A stretch of DNA of 64,000 nt from Escherichia coli (lineage in GTDB: Bacteria > Pseudomonadota > Gammaproteobacteria > Enterobacterales > Enterobacteriaceae): the NCBI RefSeq assembly GCF_001677475.2, contig NZ_CP015229.1; one strand, 5' to 3'. This document shows positions 54,578-64,000 of this stretch, in pieces. Positions within the stretch are counted from its first letter, which is position 1. Each line of letters starts with the position of its first letter. Below the pieces are notes generated by a model. The model searched no databases. It was not told the DNA's origin and worked only from the letters and a program-made list of their open reading frames with translations. A program made the translations under genes and the position numbers.

Positions 54578-55456
54578 ATGGCAACCATTGCATTTCTCGG
54601 GCTGGGGCAGATGGGTAGCCCAATGGCTAACAATCTATTGCGAAAAGGGCATTCATTGCAGGTATTTGATGTCAATGCACAGGCCGTCGATGCGCTAGTT
54701 ACGCAGGGGGCCACTGCGGCACAAACCCCAGCGGAAGCGGCAGCAGGCGCTGAATTTATCATCACTATGCTTCCCAATGGTGACATTGTTCGACAGGTTC
54801 TGTTGGGGGAAAAAGGCGTCTGTGAGGCTGTTTCATCTGACGCGTTATTGATTGATATGTCGACTATTCATCCCTTACAGACCGATGCATTAATACGGGA
54901 GTTACAAGAAAAAGGCATCAGTATGATGGACGCCCCCGTGGGCAGAACATCCGTGAATGCGATTGATGGCACATTGCTGATTTTAGCGGGTGGCACTGAT
55001 GAGCAGATTGCGCGTGCACGCCCGATTCTCATGTGCATGGGTAATGAGCTGGTCGAGGCTGGCGGCCCAGGAATGGGGATCCGCGTGAAGCTAATTAACA
55101 ACTATATGAGCATTGCGCTTAATGCGCTGTCCTCCGAGGCCGCTGTGTTATGTGAGTCACTGGGATTAAATCTTGATGTCGCAATTAAGGTGATGAGTGG
55201 TACGGCAGCAGGGAAAGGACATTTTACGACCACCTGGCCTGGCAAAGTGCTGAAAGGCGATCTTTCACCCGCCTTCATGGTGGATCTGGCGTTGAAAGAT
55301 CTGCGTATTGCAGTTGACGTCGCTCGGGAGACGGGGGCACCGCTCAATATGGGGATTGCAGCAGAAAGTTATTACGCCGCAGCAAGTCAAGACGGCAAAG
55401 GGCGGCAGGACTGGAGCGCCCTGCTAAATCAGGTTCGCCAGCAGGCTGGTCTTTAA
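54578..55456 (+). CDS. NAD-dependent beta-hydroxyacid dehydrogenase-family reductase (YihU-like)
   Basis: Start at [20 protein letters not shown] (Rossmann GLGQMG) with RBS caggagag upstream; about 292 aa. Confidence 0.85.
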   Translation: MATIAFLGLGQMGSPMANNLLRKGHSLQVFDVNAQAVDALVTQGATAAQTPAEAAAGAEFIITMLPNGDIVRQVLLGEKGVCEAVSSDALLIDMSTIHPLQTDALIRELQEKGISMMDAPVGRTSVNAIDGTLLILAGGTDEQIARARPILMCMGNELVEAGGPGMGIRVKLINNYMSIALNALSSEAAVLCESLGLNLDVAIKVMSGTAAGKGHFTTTWPGKVLKGDLSPAFMVDLALKDLRIAVDVARETGAPLNMGIAAESYYAAASQDGKGRQDWSALLNQVRQQAGL

Positions 55457-55480
55457 TTTTATCTATTAACAGGAGTTTCT

Positions 55481-56368
55481 ATGTCATCCCACTTCACCCC
55501 ATTTACGCTGAAAGATATCTCCCGCCCAGGTGGTGGATTCGCCATGTTAGCTGTCGATCAGCGTGAGGCCATGCGCCTGATGTTTGCGGCAGCAGGGCAG
55601 CCCAAACCCATCGCCGACAGTGTACTCACCGATTTTAAAGTTGCCGCGACCCGAATCCTTTCTCCTTATGCTTCTGCCGTTCTGGCGGATAAACAATTTT
55701 GTCTTGAGCAAATAGTCGAGCAGGGCGCTGTTGCTAATTCTTGCGGCCTGATTGTCGCTGCCGATCTTTTTATCCCAGGTAATGGCATCCCGGTTGATAG
55801 CGTTGAAATAGATATGTCCGTCGACCCGCATAAAGCCCGTGAAATGGGGGCTAAGGCAATGAAATTACTTGTACTCTGGCGTGAAGATGAACCCGCAGAG
55901 GAACGTCTGGCAATGGTTGATAAATTTGTTCGTCGCTGCCGTAGTGCCGGACTGGTTAGCATTATTGAACCTGTGGTGCGTCCACCTCGTCGCGGTTGGG
56001 ACTTTGATCGTGAAAGCGCCATTGCCGCGGCCGCCGCAGAGCTTGGTGGAACAGAGGCTGATCTTTACAAAGCCGAGATGCCATTAGGGGGCAAAGGCGA
56101 TGAAAAAACCTTACTTGCCGCCTGTCAGCAACTTAACGATCAGATGAAGATGCCGTGGGTAATTCTTTCTTCTGGCGTTGATGCCGATATTTTTGGCCGT
56201 GCAGTAAGTATTGCCATGAAAGGTGGGGCGTCGGGCTTCCTGGCTGGACGAGCGGTTTGGGCGTCGGTTGTTGGTGCACAAGATCCACAAACTATGCTGC
56301 GCGATGTCTCCGTTCCACGCTTGCAACGGCTGGCTGAAATTGTCGATGAAGGTATCGCGCAACGCTAA
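55481..56368 (+). CDS. Class I (LacD-like) ketose-phosphate aldolase (YihT-like)
   Basis: 295 aa; [14 protein letters not shown] and [12 protein letters not shown] motifs. Confidence 0.85.
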   Translation: MSSHFTPFTLKDISRPGGGFAMLAVDQREAMRLMFAAAGQPKPIADSVLTDFKVAATRILSPYASAVLADKQFCLEQIVEQGAVANSCGLIVAADLFIPGNGIPVDSVEIDMSVDPHKAREMGAKAMKLLVLWREDEPAEERLAMVDKFVRRCRSAGLVSIIEPVVRPPRRGWDFDRESAIAAAAAELGGTEADLYKAEMPLGGKGDEKTLLAACQQLNDQMKMPWVILSSGVDADIFGRAVSIAMKGGASGFLAGRAVWASVVGAQDPQTMLRDVSVPRLQRLAEIVDEGIAQR

Positions 56369-56400
56369 TCCCCTATGGATATCGATTCTGGAGAATAACA

Positions 56401-57411
56401 ATGGATAAAAGTACCCAGGTTTTATTTTCAGATATTGGGAAAGTCACCACTCAATATGTTGAAGTACCACACCAGGAACTTAAACCGCACGAAGTGCGGA
56501 TTGCGCCTGTGTTCTATGGGATATGCGGTTCGGATCTGCATGTTCTGAAAGGCGGTCATCCGTTTGCCAAACCACCTGTCGTCCCCGGTCATGAAATTGC
56601 AGCGCGCGTTGCGGAAGTTGGCAGCGACGTTAAAAATGTACAGCCGGGCGATCATGTTGTGGTCGATCCCATCATGGCTTGCATGGAATGCCGAGCCTGC
56701 AAAGCAGGACGTTTTAATCTTTGTGAACCACCGCAGGTTGCTGGTTTTCGCGCACCGGGCTTTGCTCGCTCACAACACATTGTTCCTGCGCGTAATTGCC
56801 ATGTCGCACCAGCCTCTTTACCGCTAAAAGTGTTAGCCTTTGCCGAACCGGCGGCTTGTGCTCGTCACTGCGTTAACCGAATGCCGAAAGCTTCTCTGGA
56901 AAGCGTACTGGTGATTGGTGCCGGAACGATAGGCTTATCCATCGTGCAGGCACTGCGCATTATGGGGGCAGGTAAGATTACCGTGATTGAACCTGACGCT
57001 GCCAAACGCGCGCTGGCGTTAAAGCTGGGCGCAGCAGAAGTTTGGGCACCAGGTGAGCTGGCCGCAGATGTGCGATTTACGGGGGCGATTGATGTCGTTG
57101 CAGCGCAGGCCACGCTTAACGATGCATGTACCCGTGTATATGCCGGAGGCACCGTCGTGTGCATGGGCGTACCAAGTGGGCCGCGTGAAATACCATTACC
57201 TATGATGCAACGTTTCGAGCGTGACTTGCTCAACTCTGGCATGTACATCCCTGAAGATTTCGATGCTGTTATCGAATGGCTGGCGGATGGGCGGTTTGAT
57301 ACCAGTGAACTGGTTACCGATTTATTTGCCATTGAGGATGCAGCGGCGGCATTCGAACGCGCGCAGCAAAATGACTCCATAAAGGTCATGCTGCAATTTG
57401 CGCCGGAATGA
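56401..57411 (+). CDS. Zinc-dependent medium-chain dehydrogenase/reductase
   Basis: 336 aa; catalytic-zinc GHE motif (PVVPGHEIAARV), four-cysteine structural zinc cluster (CMECRACKAGRFNLC), Rossmann VIGAGTIGL. Confidence 0.85.
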   Translation: MDKSTQVLFSDIGKVTTQYVEVPHQELKPHEVRIAPVFYGICGSDLHVLKGGHPFAKPPVVPGHEIAARVAEVGSDVKNVQPGDHVVVDPIMACMECRACKAGRFNLCEPPQVAGFRAPGFARSQHIVPARNCHVAPASLPLKVLAFAEPAACARHCVNRMPKASLESVLVIGAGTIGLSIVQALRIMGAGKITVIEPDAAKRALALKLGAAEVWAPGELAADVRFTGAIDVVAAQATLNDACTRVYAGGTVVCMGVPSGPREIPLPMMQRFERDLLNSGMYIPEDFDAVIEWLADGRFDTSELVTDLFAIEDAAAAFERAQQNDSIKVMLQFAPE

Positions 57412-57480
57412 TTTTCTAAATCTCTGTCTGGCGCTGCGTCACGTCAGCGCCACCCTACAACAATTAAAAAGGACACTGCG

Positions 57481-58914
57481 ATGAGTCAAATCACCAGTCC
57501 TGCAACTTATTCAATTAGTCGGCCACAGGACGTAATTGATATTGTTAATAAGAACTCTGCAATCAACACCAGTATCGGCGTTATTTTTATTGCTTTGGGC
57601 GGCATATTGATTGATGCCTACCAGGCGGCGATGGTGGGGTTTGGTAATAAATACATTGCCGCTCAATTCGGCATTTCGCCGGGTCTTGCTGCAACCGTCA
57701 ATGCATCAGTATTAATCGCCGCGTTAATTGGCGGTTTATTAGCGAACCGAGTAATAAACCGCTTTGGGCAAAAGCGGGCATTTATTATTGGCATGGGGCT
57801 GTGCACCATCGGTGCTGCAGCGGTAGCTATTGCTCCCAGTATCTGGTGGGTGCTGGTGTGCCGCGTCATCATGGGCTTTGGTTTAGGCATCGACTTCCCT
57901 TTGGCAACCAATGCCGTGGCAGAGCTTCGTGGTTCAACGTCGAAGAAAACCGGAACGTCGGTCAACCTCTGGCAAATGGCCTGGTATGTTTCGACAACCG
58001 TTGTTTATTTGGTGCTTTTGCCGCTGCTTCTGTCGGGTATCGCTGAAGAACAATTGTGGCGTTACGGAATATTCATCGGAGCTATTTTTGCAGTCATCTT
58101 CATGATTTTGCGTTACTTCTTTATTGGTGAATCCGCAATGTGGGCTGCACGCGTCGGGCGTTACCAGGAAGCGTGCGACATTCTGGGAAAACGTTATGGT
58201 GTTCAGGCTCGCGTTGCGGCATCGGGTACAACAGAAGCGAAATTCTCGGAAAAAGCAGAGAATAAATACAGTGGTGGATATGGCATCTTATTTAATGATC
58301 GTTACCGCAAACGCACCATTCTTGGTTGTGTCGTGGCAACCATGCAGGCGTGGCAATATAACGCCGTAGGTGTTTATCTTCCTCTTACGTTGGCGGGAAT
58401 AATAAGTGGCGGGCTTACTGGCGCGTTGACCGGTTCTGCCGTCGTGAATGCCCTTTGTGGGGTGACAGGTGGGATGATCGGCTCGTTTATTCTCCAACGA
58501 CTGGGTACTCGCCGACAGTCGATGTATGGATTTGCTGTTGTGACCTTAGCATTGCTGTCGTTAGGCGCACTGGCAACGACTAATCCCTGGCTGTCTTTAG
58601 GGTTATTGGGATCAATTATTTTCTTCCATTCAGCGGGTCCTGGTGGGCTGGGCATGACCATTGCCACACTCTCTTATCCTCCCGCTATTCGTCCTACTGG
58701 GGTCGGATTTGCCCGCGCTATTATGCGCACAGGGGCAATTGCAGGACTCATTTTCTGGCCGATGCTGTGGGGTACGTTGAAAACTGAAGCGTTTTATTGG
58801 TTGGCAATTGTGCCATTCCTGGGGTTCCTGACCTGCGTATTGATTAATTGGGAACCTTTGGGAGCAAATGTTGATGCTGAGGATGCAGAGGTTCTGGCTG
58901 AATTGAAGAAATAA
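57481..58914 (+). CDS. MFS transporter, subfamily unclear
   Basis: 477 aa polytopic membrane protein with a central hydrophilic loop. Confidence 0.8.
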   Translation: MSQITSPATYSISRPQDVIDIVNKNSAINTSIGVIFIALGGILIDAYQAAMVGFGNKYIAAQFGISPGLAATVNASVLIAALIGGLLANRVINRFGQKRAFIIGMGLCTIGAAAVAIAPSIWWVLVCRVIMGFGLGIDFPLATNAVAELRGSTSKKTGTSVNLWQMAWYVSTTVVYLVLLPLLLSGIAEEQLWRYGIFIGAIFAVIFMILRYFFIGESAMWAARVGRYQEACDILGKRYGVQARVAASGTTEAKFSEKAENKYSGGYGILFNDRYRKRTILGCVVATMQAWQYNAVGVYLPLTLAGIISGGLTGALTGSAVVNALCGVTGGMIGSFILQRLGTRRQSMYGFAVVTLALLSLGALATTNPWLSLGLLGSIIFFHSAGPGGLGMTIATLSYPPAIRPTGVGFARAIMRTGAIAGLIFWPMLWGTLKTEAFYWLAIVPFLGFLTCVLINWEPLGANVDAEDAEVLAELKK

Positions 58915-58951
58915 ATTAATGCGCATCGGCTTAAACCGATGCGCATTAATT
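58914..58951. repeat. 16-bp perfect inverted repeat (stem-loop or operator)
   Basis: aattaatgcgcatcgg cttaaa ccgatgcgcattaatt, starting at the stop codon of the upstream transporter gene. Confidence 0.8.
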
Positions 58952-59012
58952 CAAACTGCCCACGTTTAGTGGTTCGTATCCCAGATTTCTCGCCTACCAG
59001 GAGAGGAAAATT

Positions 59013-60362
59013 ATGTCTGAAAAGTTACCCGCACCGCGTGAAGGGCTTTCCGGTAAAGCCATGAGACGTGTCGTTATGGGCAGTTTCGCAGGCGCGTTAA
59101 TGGAATGGTATGACTTCTTTATTTTTGGCACGGCAGCAGGACTGGTATTTGCACCGCTGTTTTATCCAGACAGCGATCCTTTTATAGGTCTTATAGCTTC
59201 CTTTGCGACCTTTGGTGTCGGTTTTCTGACTCGTCCTTTAGGTGGCATCGTCTTTGGTCATTTTGGCGATAAAATCGGGCGAAAAATAACACTTATCTGG
59301 ACGCTGGCTATTGTCGGTTGCTCCACATTTTTGATTGGTTTTATTCCGACGTATCAGGAAATTGGCATTTGGGCACCGCTTGTATTAATGGTGCTGCGTT
59401 TGATTCAGGGCTTTGGTCTTGGTGGCGAGTACGGCGGAGCGGCATTGATGACCATAGAATCAGCGCCCGAATCCCGACGCGGATTTTTAGGTTCACTCCC
59501 GCAAACGGCTGCGTCTGTGGGTATTATGCTGGCAACCGGTATTTTTGCTCTCTGTAACCATTTTCTTACTTCGGAGCAGTTTCTCTCCTGGGGATGGCGC
59601 ATTCCGTTTTGGCTTTCTGCGGTGATGTTGATCGTTGGGCTGTTTATCCGCCTGCATACCGAAGAAACGCTGGATTTTCAAAAGCAAAAAACGACGAATA
59701 ATAAAGAAAAGTCCGTTCCTCCGTTGATTGAATTATTCAAAAAACATCCACGAAATATTTTATTGGCACTGGGTGCGAGGCTGGCGGAAAGTGTCTCCTC
59801 TAATATTATTAACGCCTTTGGTATTGTCTATATTTCCAGCCAATTAGCATTGTCGCGAGATATTCCCCTGACGGGTATGTTGATTGCCTCGGCGATCGGT
59901 ATTTTCAGTTGTCCATTGGTTGGATGGTTATCAGATCGTATAGGTCAAAAAAGTCTGTATTTGTCGGGAGCAGGATTTTGTGTCCTGTTCGCGTTTCCTT
60001 TCTTCTTATTACTGGATAGCAAAAGTACGCTCATCATCTGGTGCAGTATGATCCTCGGCTACAACTTAGGTCCGACGATGATGTTTGCCGTGCAGCCAAC
60101 ACTTTTCACCCGCATGTTCGGTACCAAAGTACGATATACCGGCCTTTCTTTTGCTTATCAATTTTCCGCGATTCTTGGCGGACTAAGCCCCCTTATCGCC
60201 TCAAGTTTGCTGGCGCTAGGGGGAGGAAAACCGTGGTATGTCGCTCTGTTTTTATTTGCTGTCTCAGTTCTTTCCTTTGTTTGCGTCTGGCTGATTGAGC
60301 CGACCGATGAACAAGAAACCGCTTCTTACCGCTACATCAGGGAACAATCTCATGAAAACTGA
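59013..60362 (+). CDS. MFS transporter of metabolite:H+ symporter type (ProP/KgtP/ShiA-like)
   Basis: 449 aa; WYDFFIFG and GLGGEYGGAALM signature segments. Confidence 0.8.
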   Translation: MSEKLPAPREGLSGKAMRRVVMGSFAGALMEWYDFFIFGTAAGLVFAPLFYPDSDPFIGLIASFATFGVGFLTRPLGGIVFGHFGDKIGRKITLIWTLAIVGCSTFLIGFIPTYQEIGIWAPLVLMVLRLIQGFGLGGEYGGAALMTIESAPESRRGFLGSLPQTAASVGIMLATGIFALCNHFLTSEQFLSWGWRIPFWLSAVMLIVGLFIRLHTEETLDFQKQKTTNNKEKSVPPLIELFKKHPRNILLALGARLAESVSSNIINAFGIVYISSQLALSRDIPLTGMLIASAIGIFSCPLVGWLSDRIGQKSLYLSGAGFCVLFAFPFFLLLDSKSTLIIWCSMILGYNLGPTMMFAVQPTLFTRMFGTKVRYTGLSFAYQFSAILGGLSPLIASSLLALGGGKPWYVALFLFAVSVLSFVCVWLIEPTDEQETASYRYIREQSHEN

Positions 60363-61239
60363 ACGAAAAAACGAGCATTACCTGGCGCTACAACAGGCGT
60401 TTGACGCGCCATGGCCTGGGCCTGTAGGAGAGTTAGTGACGCTGGAAAAAGGCAATATTCACCTGCAGATTTATCCGCATGATGGTGCCAGGATAACCTC
60501 GTTAAAGGCATTTGGTTCTGAAGTATTACGCCAATGGCAGCCGCAGCGCAGAGCTTTTCAGTATGGCTGTTTCCCAATGGTGCCGTGGGCAGGGCGACTG
60601 GGGAATGCGACGCTGAATGCTGGTGGGCAATGTTATTCTTTACCCGCCAATAAACCACCACATGCGTTGCATGGTATGGCTTGTTACTCAACGTGGGAAA
60701 TCATCGACAAAACAATAGATTCCCTGACTTTACGTATGCCCCTGGCTTCACCGTGGCCCTGGCAAGGGGAAGTGATTCAGACTTTTTTGCTGGAGAACGA
60801 TGCGCTGGTTTTGCAACTGGAAATCCATTCACATACCGATACATTCCCGGCCTCTGCAGGCTGGCATCCGTGGTTTGCGAAAAAGCTGACTCCGCAAAAT
60901 ACAGAATCGTTGCAGGTGCTTTTTGATGCGGACTGGCAAGAGGAAGCGGGTAGTGATGAACTGCCAACTGGAAATCGCATCTCTCCTCAAGCTGGTCCCT
61001 GGGATGACTGTTTTGGTTTTTATGACGGGGTGAAGGTTAAGTTACTGTGGCCTGGTAAACTCACGATGACCATGACCTCTTCTGCAAACAGTCTGGTGGT
61101 ATTTGATAAACAGCCCGATGCCACCTGTGTTAATCCGCTTACTCAGGCACCTAACGCAATAAATCTAACGCCGGAATTGGTGACATCAGATAAGCCGCTG
61201 GTCATCGAAACTCGTTGGCAATTTACACCTGAATCTTAA
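60352..61239 (+). CDS. Aldose 1-epimerase family protein (YihR-like mutarotase)
   Basis: Start at MKTERKNEHYLALQQAFD, overlapping the upstream transporter stop by 11 nt; ORF track starts at 60295. Confidence 0.75.
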   Translation: MKTERKNEHYLALQQAFDAPWPGPVGELVTLEKGNIHLQIYPHDGARITSLKAFGSEVLRQWQPQRRAFQYGCFPMVPWAGRLGNATLNAGGQCYSLPANKPPHALHGMACYSTWEIIDKTIDSLTLRMPLASPWPWQGEVIQTFLLENDALVLQLEIHSHTDTFPASAGWHPWFAKKLTPQNTESLQVLFDADWQEEAGSDELPTGNRISPQAGPWDDCFGFYDGVKVKLLWPGKLTMTMTSSANSLVVFDKQPDATCVNPLTQAPNAINLTPELVTSDKPLVIETRWQFTPES

Positions 61240-61249
61240 CCATTCATCT

Positions 61250-61290
61250 ATTGCGAAAAAGCCAGTGAAATTACTCTGCTTTTTCGCAAT
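61250..61290. repeat. 13-bp perfect inverted repeat with 15-nt loop
   Basis: attgcgaaaaagc cagtgaaattactct gctttttcgcaat, 11 nt after the mutarotase stop. Confidence 0.75.
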
Positions 61291-61379
61291 CAGCATCACA
61301 AGATTACCCTTATTGCCACATAGCCAAACCCATCCTTTCCCGCTACAGTTAATTTCTTGTGGCGCGAAAGGAGGCAAAA

Positions 61380-61979
61380 ATGCTCTATATCTTTGATTTA
61401 GGTAATGTGATTGTCGATATCGACTTTAACCGTGTGCTGGGAGCCTGGAGCGATTTAACGCGTATTCCGCTGGCATCTCTTAAGAAGAGTTTTCATATGG
61501 GGGAGGCGTTTCATCAGCATGAGCGTGGGGAAATTAGCGACGAAGCGTTCGCAGAGGCGCTGTGTCATGAGATGGCTCTACCGCTAAGCTACGAGCAGTT
61601 CTCCCACGGTTGGCAGGCAGTGTTTGTCGCGCTGCGCCCGGAAGTGATCGCCATCATGCATAAACTGCGTGAGCAGGGGCATCGCGTGGTGGTGCTTTCC
61701 AATACCAACCGCCTGCATACCACCTTCTGGCCGGAAGAATACCCGGAAATTCGTGATGCTGCTGACCATATCTATCTGTCGCAAGATCTGGGGATGCGCA
61801 AACCTGAAGCACGAATTTACCAGCATGTTTTGCAGGCGGAAGGTTTTTCACCCAGCGATACGGTCTTTTTCGACGATAACGCCGATAATATAGAAGGAGC
61901 CAATCAGCTGGGCATTACCAGCATTCTGGTGAAAGATAAAACCACCATCCCGGACTATTTCGCGAAGGTGTTATGCTAA
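61380..61979 (+). CDS. yihX: HAD-family alpha-D-glucose-1-phosphate phosphatase YihX
   Basis: Start at [16 protein letters not shown] (199 aa); HAD motif I. Confidence 0.9.
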
Positions 61980-62845
61980 AAACCATTCAGGACAAAGCCA
62001 GGCACCGTACCCGTCCACTATGGGCCTGGCTAAAACTACTCTGGCAACGCATTGATGAGGACAACATGACAACCCTGGCAGGTAACCTTGCCTATGTGTC
62101 GTTGCTCTCATTAGTGCCGCTGGTTGCCGTTGTTTTTGCGCTTTTCGCCGCTTTTCCCATGTTTTCCGACGTCAGCATTCAGTTGCGTCACTTTATTTTT
62201 GCCAACTTTCTGCCTGCTACTGGCGATGTTATTCAGCGGTATATCGAACAATTTGTTGCCAATTCCAACAAGATGACCGCCGTTGGCGCGTGCGGGCTGA
62301 TCGTCACAGCGCTATTGTTGATGTACTCCATCGATAGCGCGTTGAATACCATCTGGCGCAGTAAACGAGCGCGACCAAAAATTTACTCGTTTGCCGTGTA
62401 CTGGATGATTTTAACGCTGGGGCCGCTGCTGGCAGGGGCCAGTCTGGCGATCAGTTCCTATTTGCTCTCCCTGCGCTGGGCGAGCGATCTCAATACTGTC
62501 ATCGACAACGTGCTGCGTATTTTTCCGTTGCTGTTGTCGTGGATCTCCTTCTGGTTGCTGTACAGCATTGTTCCTACCATCCGCGTACCTAACCGCGACG
62601 CGATTGTCGGCGCGTTTGTCGCCGCGCTCCTGTTCGAAGCAGGAAAGAAAGGTTTCGCGCTTTATATCACCATGTTCCCGTCATATCAGCTCATTTACGG
62701 TGTGCTGGCGGTGATCCCCATTCTCTTCGTCTGGGTCTACTGGACATGGTGTATCGTCTTGCTTGGCGCGGAAATTACTGTCACTCTCGGGGAATACCGC
62801 AAACTAAAACAAGCTGCTGAACAAGAAGAAGACGACGAACCATGA
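61973..62845 (+). CDS. yihY: YihY/BrkB-family inner membrane protein
   Basis: 290 aa polytopic membrane protein; overlaps the yihX stop. Confidence 0.9.
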
Positions 62846-63279
62846 TTGCATTAATTCAACGCGTAACCCGTGCCAGCGTCACCGTGGAGGGAGAAGTGAC
62901 GGGCGAAATTGGCGCGGGACTTTTGGTGTTATTGGGTGTCGAAAAGGATGACGACGAACAGAAAGCAAACCGTCTGTGCGAGCGTGTGCTCGGCTACCGC
63001 ATCTTTAGCGATGCCGAAGGCAAGATGAATCTCAACGTGCAACAGGCGGGCGGCAGTGTACTGGTGGTTTCCCAGTTTACCCTCGCCGCAGATACCGAAC
63101 GGGGGATGCGCCCAAGTTTCTCCAAAGGCGCATCACCGGATCGCGCAGAGGCGTTATATGACTATTTCGTCGAACGCTGCCGCCAGCAAGAGATGAACAC
63201 GCAAACAGGACGCTTCGCTGCCGATATGCAAGTATCGCTGGTCAATGATGGCCCCGTGACATTCTGGTTGCAGGTATGA
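62842..63279 (+). CDS. dtd: D-aminoacyl-tRNA deacylase
   Basis: 145 aa; [19 protein letters not shown]-terminus and SQFTLAAD motif. Confidence 0.95.
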
Positions 63280-64000
63280 GCCAGCTTCCAGGGTTGTCAC
63301 GGGAAACAAGAGAGAGTATCGCTATGTATCACCTTCGGGTTCCACAAACAGAAGAAGAATTAGAGCGTTACTATCAGTTTCGCTGGGAAATGTTGCGTAA
63401 GCCCCTGCATCAACCAAAAGGTTCGGAACGCGACGCGTGGGATGCGATGGCGCATCACCAGATGGTCGTCGACGAGCAGGGTAATTTGGTGGCAGTAGGG
63501 CGGCTGTATATTAATGCCGACAATGAAGCGTCCATTCGCTTTATGGCCGTTCATCCCGACGTGCAGGACAAAGGGCTAGGAACGCTGATGGCGATGACCC
63601 TGGAGTCGGTGGCGCGTCAGGAAGGCGTTAAGCGCGTGACCTGTAGCGCCCGTGAAGACGCGGTGGAGTTTTTCGCCAAGCTGGGTTTTGTTAATCAGGG
63701 AGAAATCACCACGCCAACCACCACGCCGATTCGCCATTTTTTGATGATTAAACCTGTCGCCACTCTGGATGATATTTTGCATCGCGGCGACTGGTGCGCG
63801 CAGCTGCAACAGGCGTGGTACGAACATATCCCGCTAAGCGAAAAAATGGGCGTGCGCATTCAACAATATACCGGGCAAAAATTTATCACTACCATGCCAG
63901 AAACCGGCAATCAGAATCCGCACCATACGCTGTTTGCCGGGAGTTTATTCTCACTGGCAACGCTCACCGGTTGGGGGCTTATCTGGCTGATGCTGCGCGA
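63276..64000 (+). CDS. yiiD: GNAT acetyltransferase/thioesterase fusion protein YiiD, 5' part only
   Basis: ATG at 63276 overlaps the dtd stop (ATGA); [35 protein letters not shown]...; frame stays open to the window end. Confidence 0.8.

Overview
This window reads as an Escherichia coli-type chromosomal segment centred on an rrnA-type ribosomal RNA operon (16S, tRNA-Ile, tRNA-Ala, 23S, 5S). Most of it is conserved core genome in the order I recognise from K-12: ysgA, udp, rmuC, ubiE/ubiJ/ubiB, tatABCD, rfaH, ubiD, fre, fadBA, pepQ, yigZ, trkH, hemG, the rRNA operon, mobBA, yihD, srkA, dsbA, yihF, yihG, polA, spf, engB, csrC, yihI, hemN, yshB, glnALG, typA, yihLMN, then yihX, yihY, dtd and yiiD. 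Two stretches look like accessory DNA relative to my recollection of K-12. The first (1-4578, minus strand) is an operon of an isochorismatase-family hydrolase, a putative DUF2877-like protein, an FdrA-like protein and a putative DUF1116-like protein running off the window edge. The second (52622-61300) is a rearranged yih-type sugar-catabolic cluster: it has homologues of YihW, YihV, YihU, YihT and YihR, but a zinc-dependent dehydrogenase and two non-GPH MFS transporters where K-12 has ompL, yihO, yihP, yihQ and yihS. This second island is my best candidate for an uncharacterised pathway. I found no CRISPR array, IS element, prophage or defence-system hallmark. All calls are from reading the sequence and recalled family knowledge; no database search was run.
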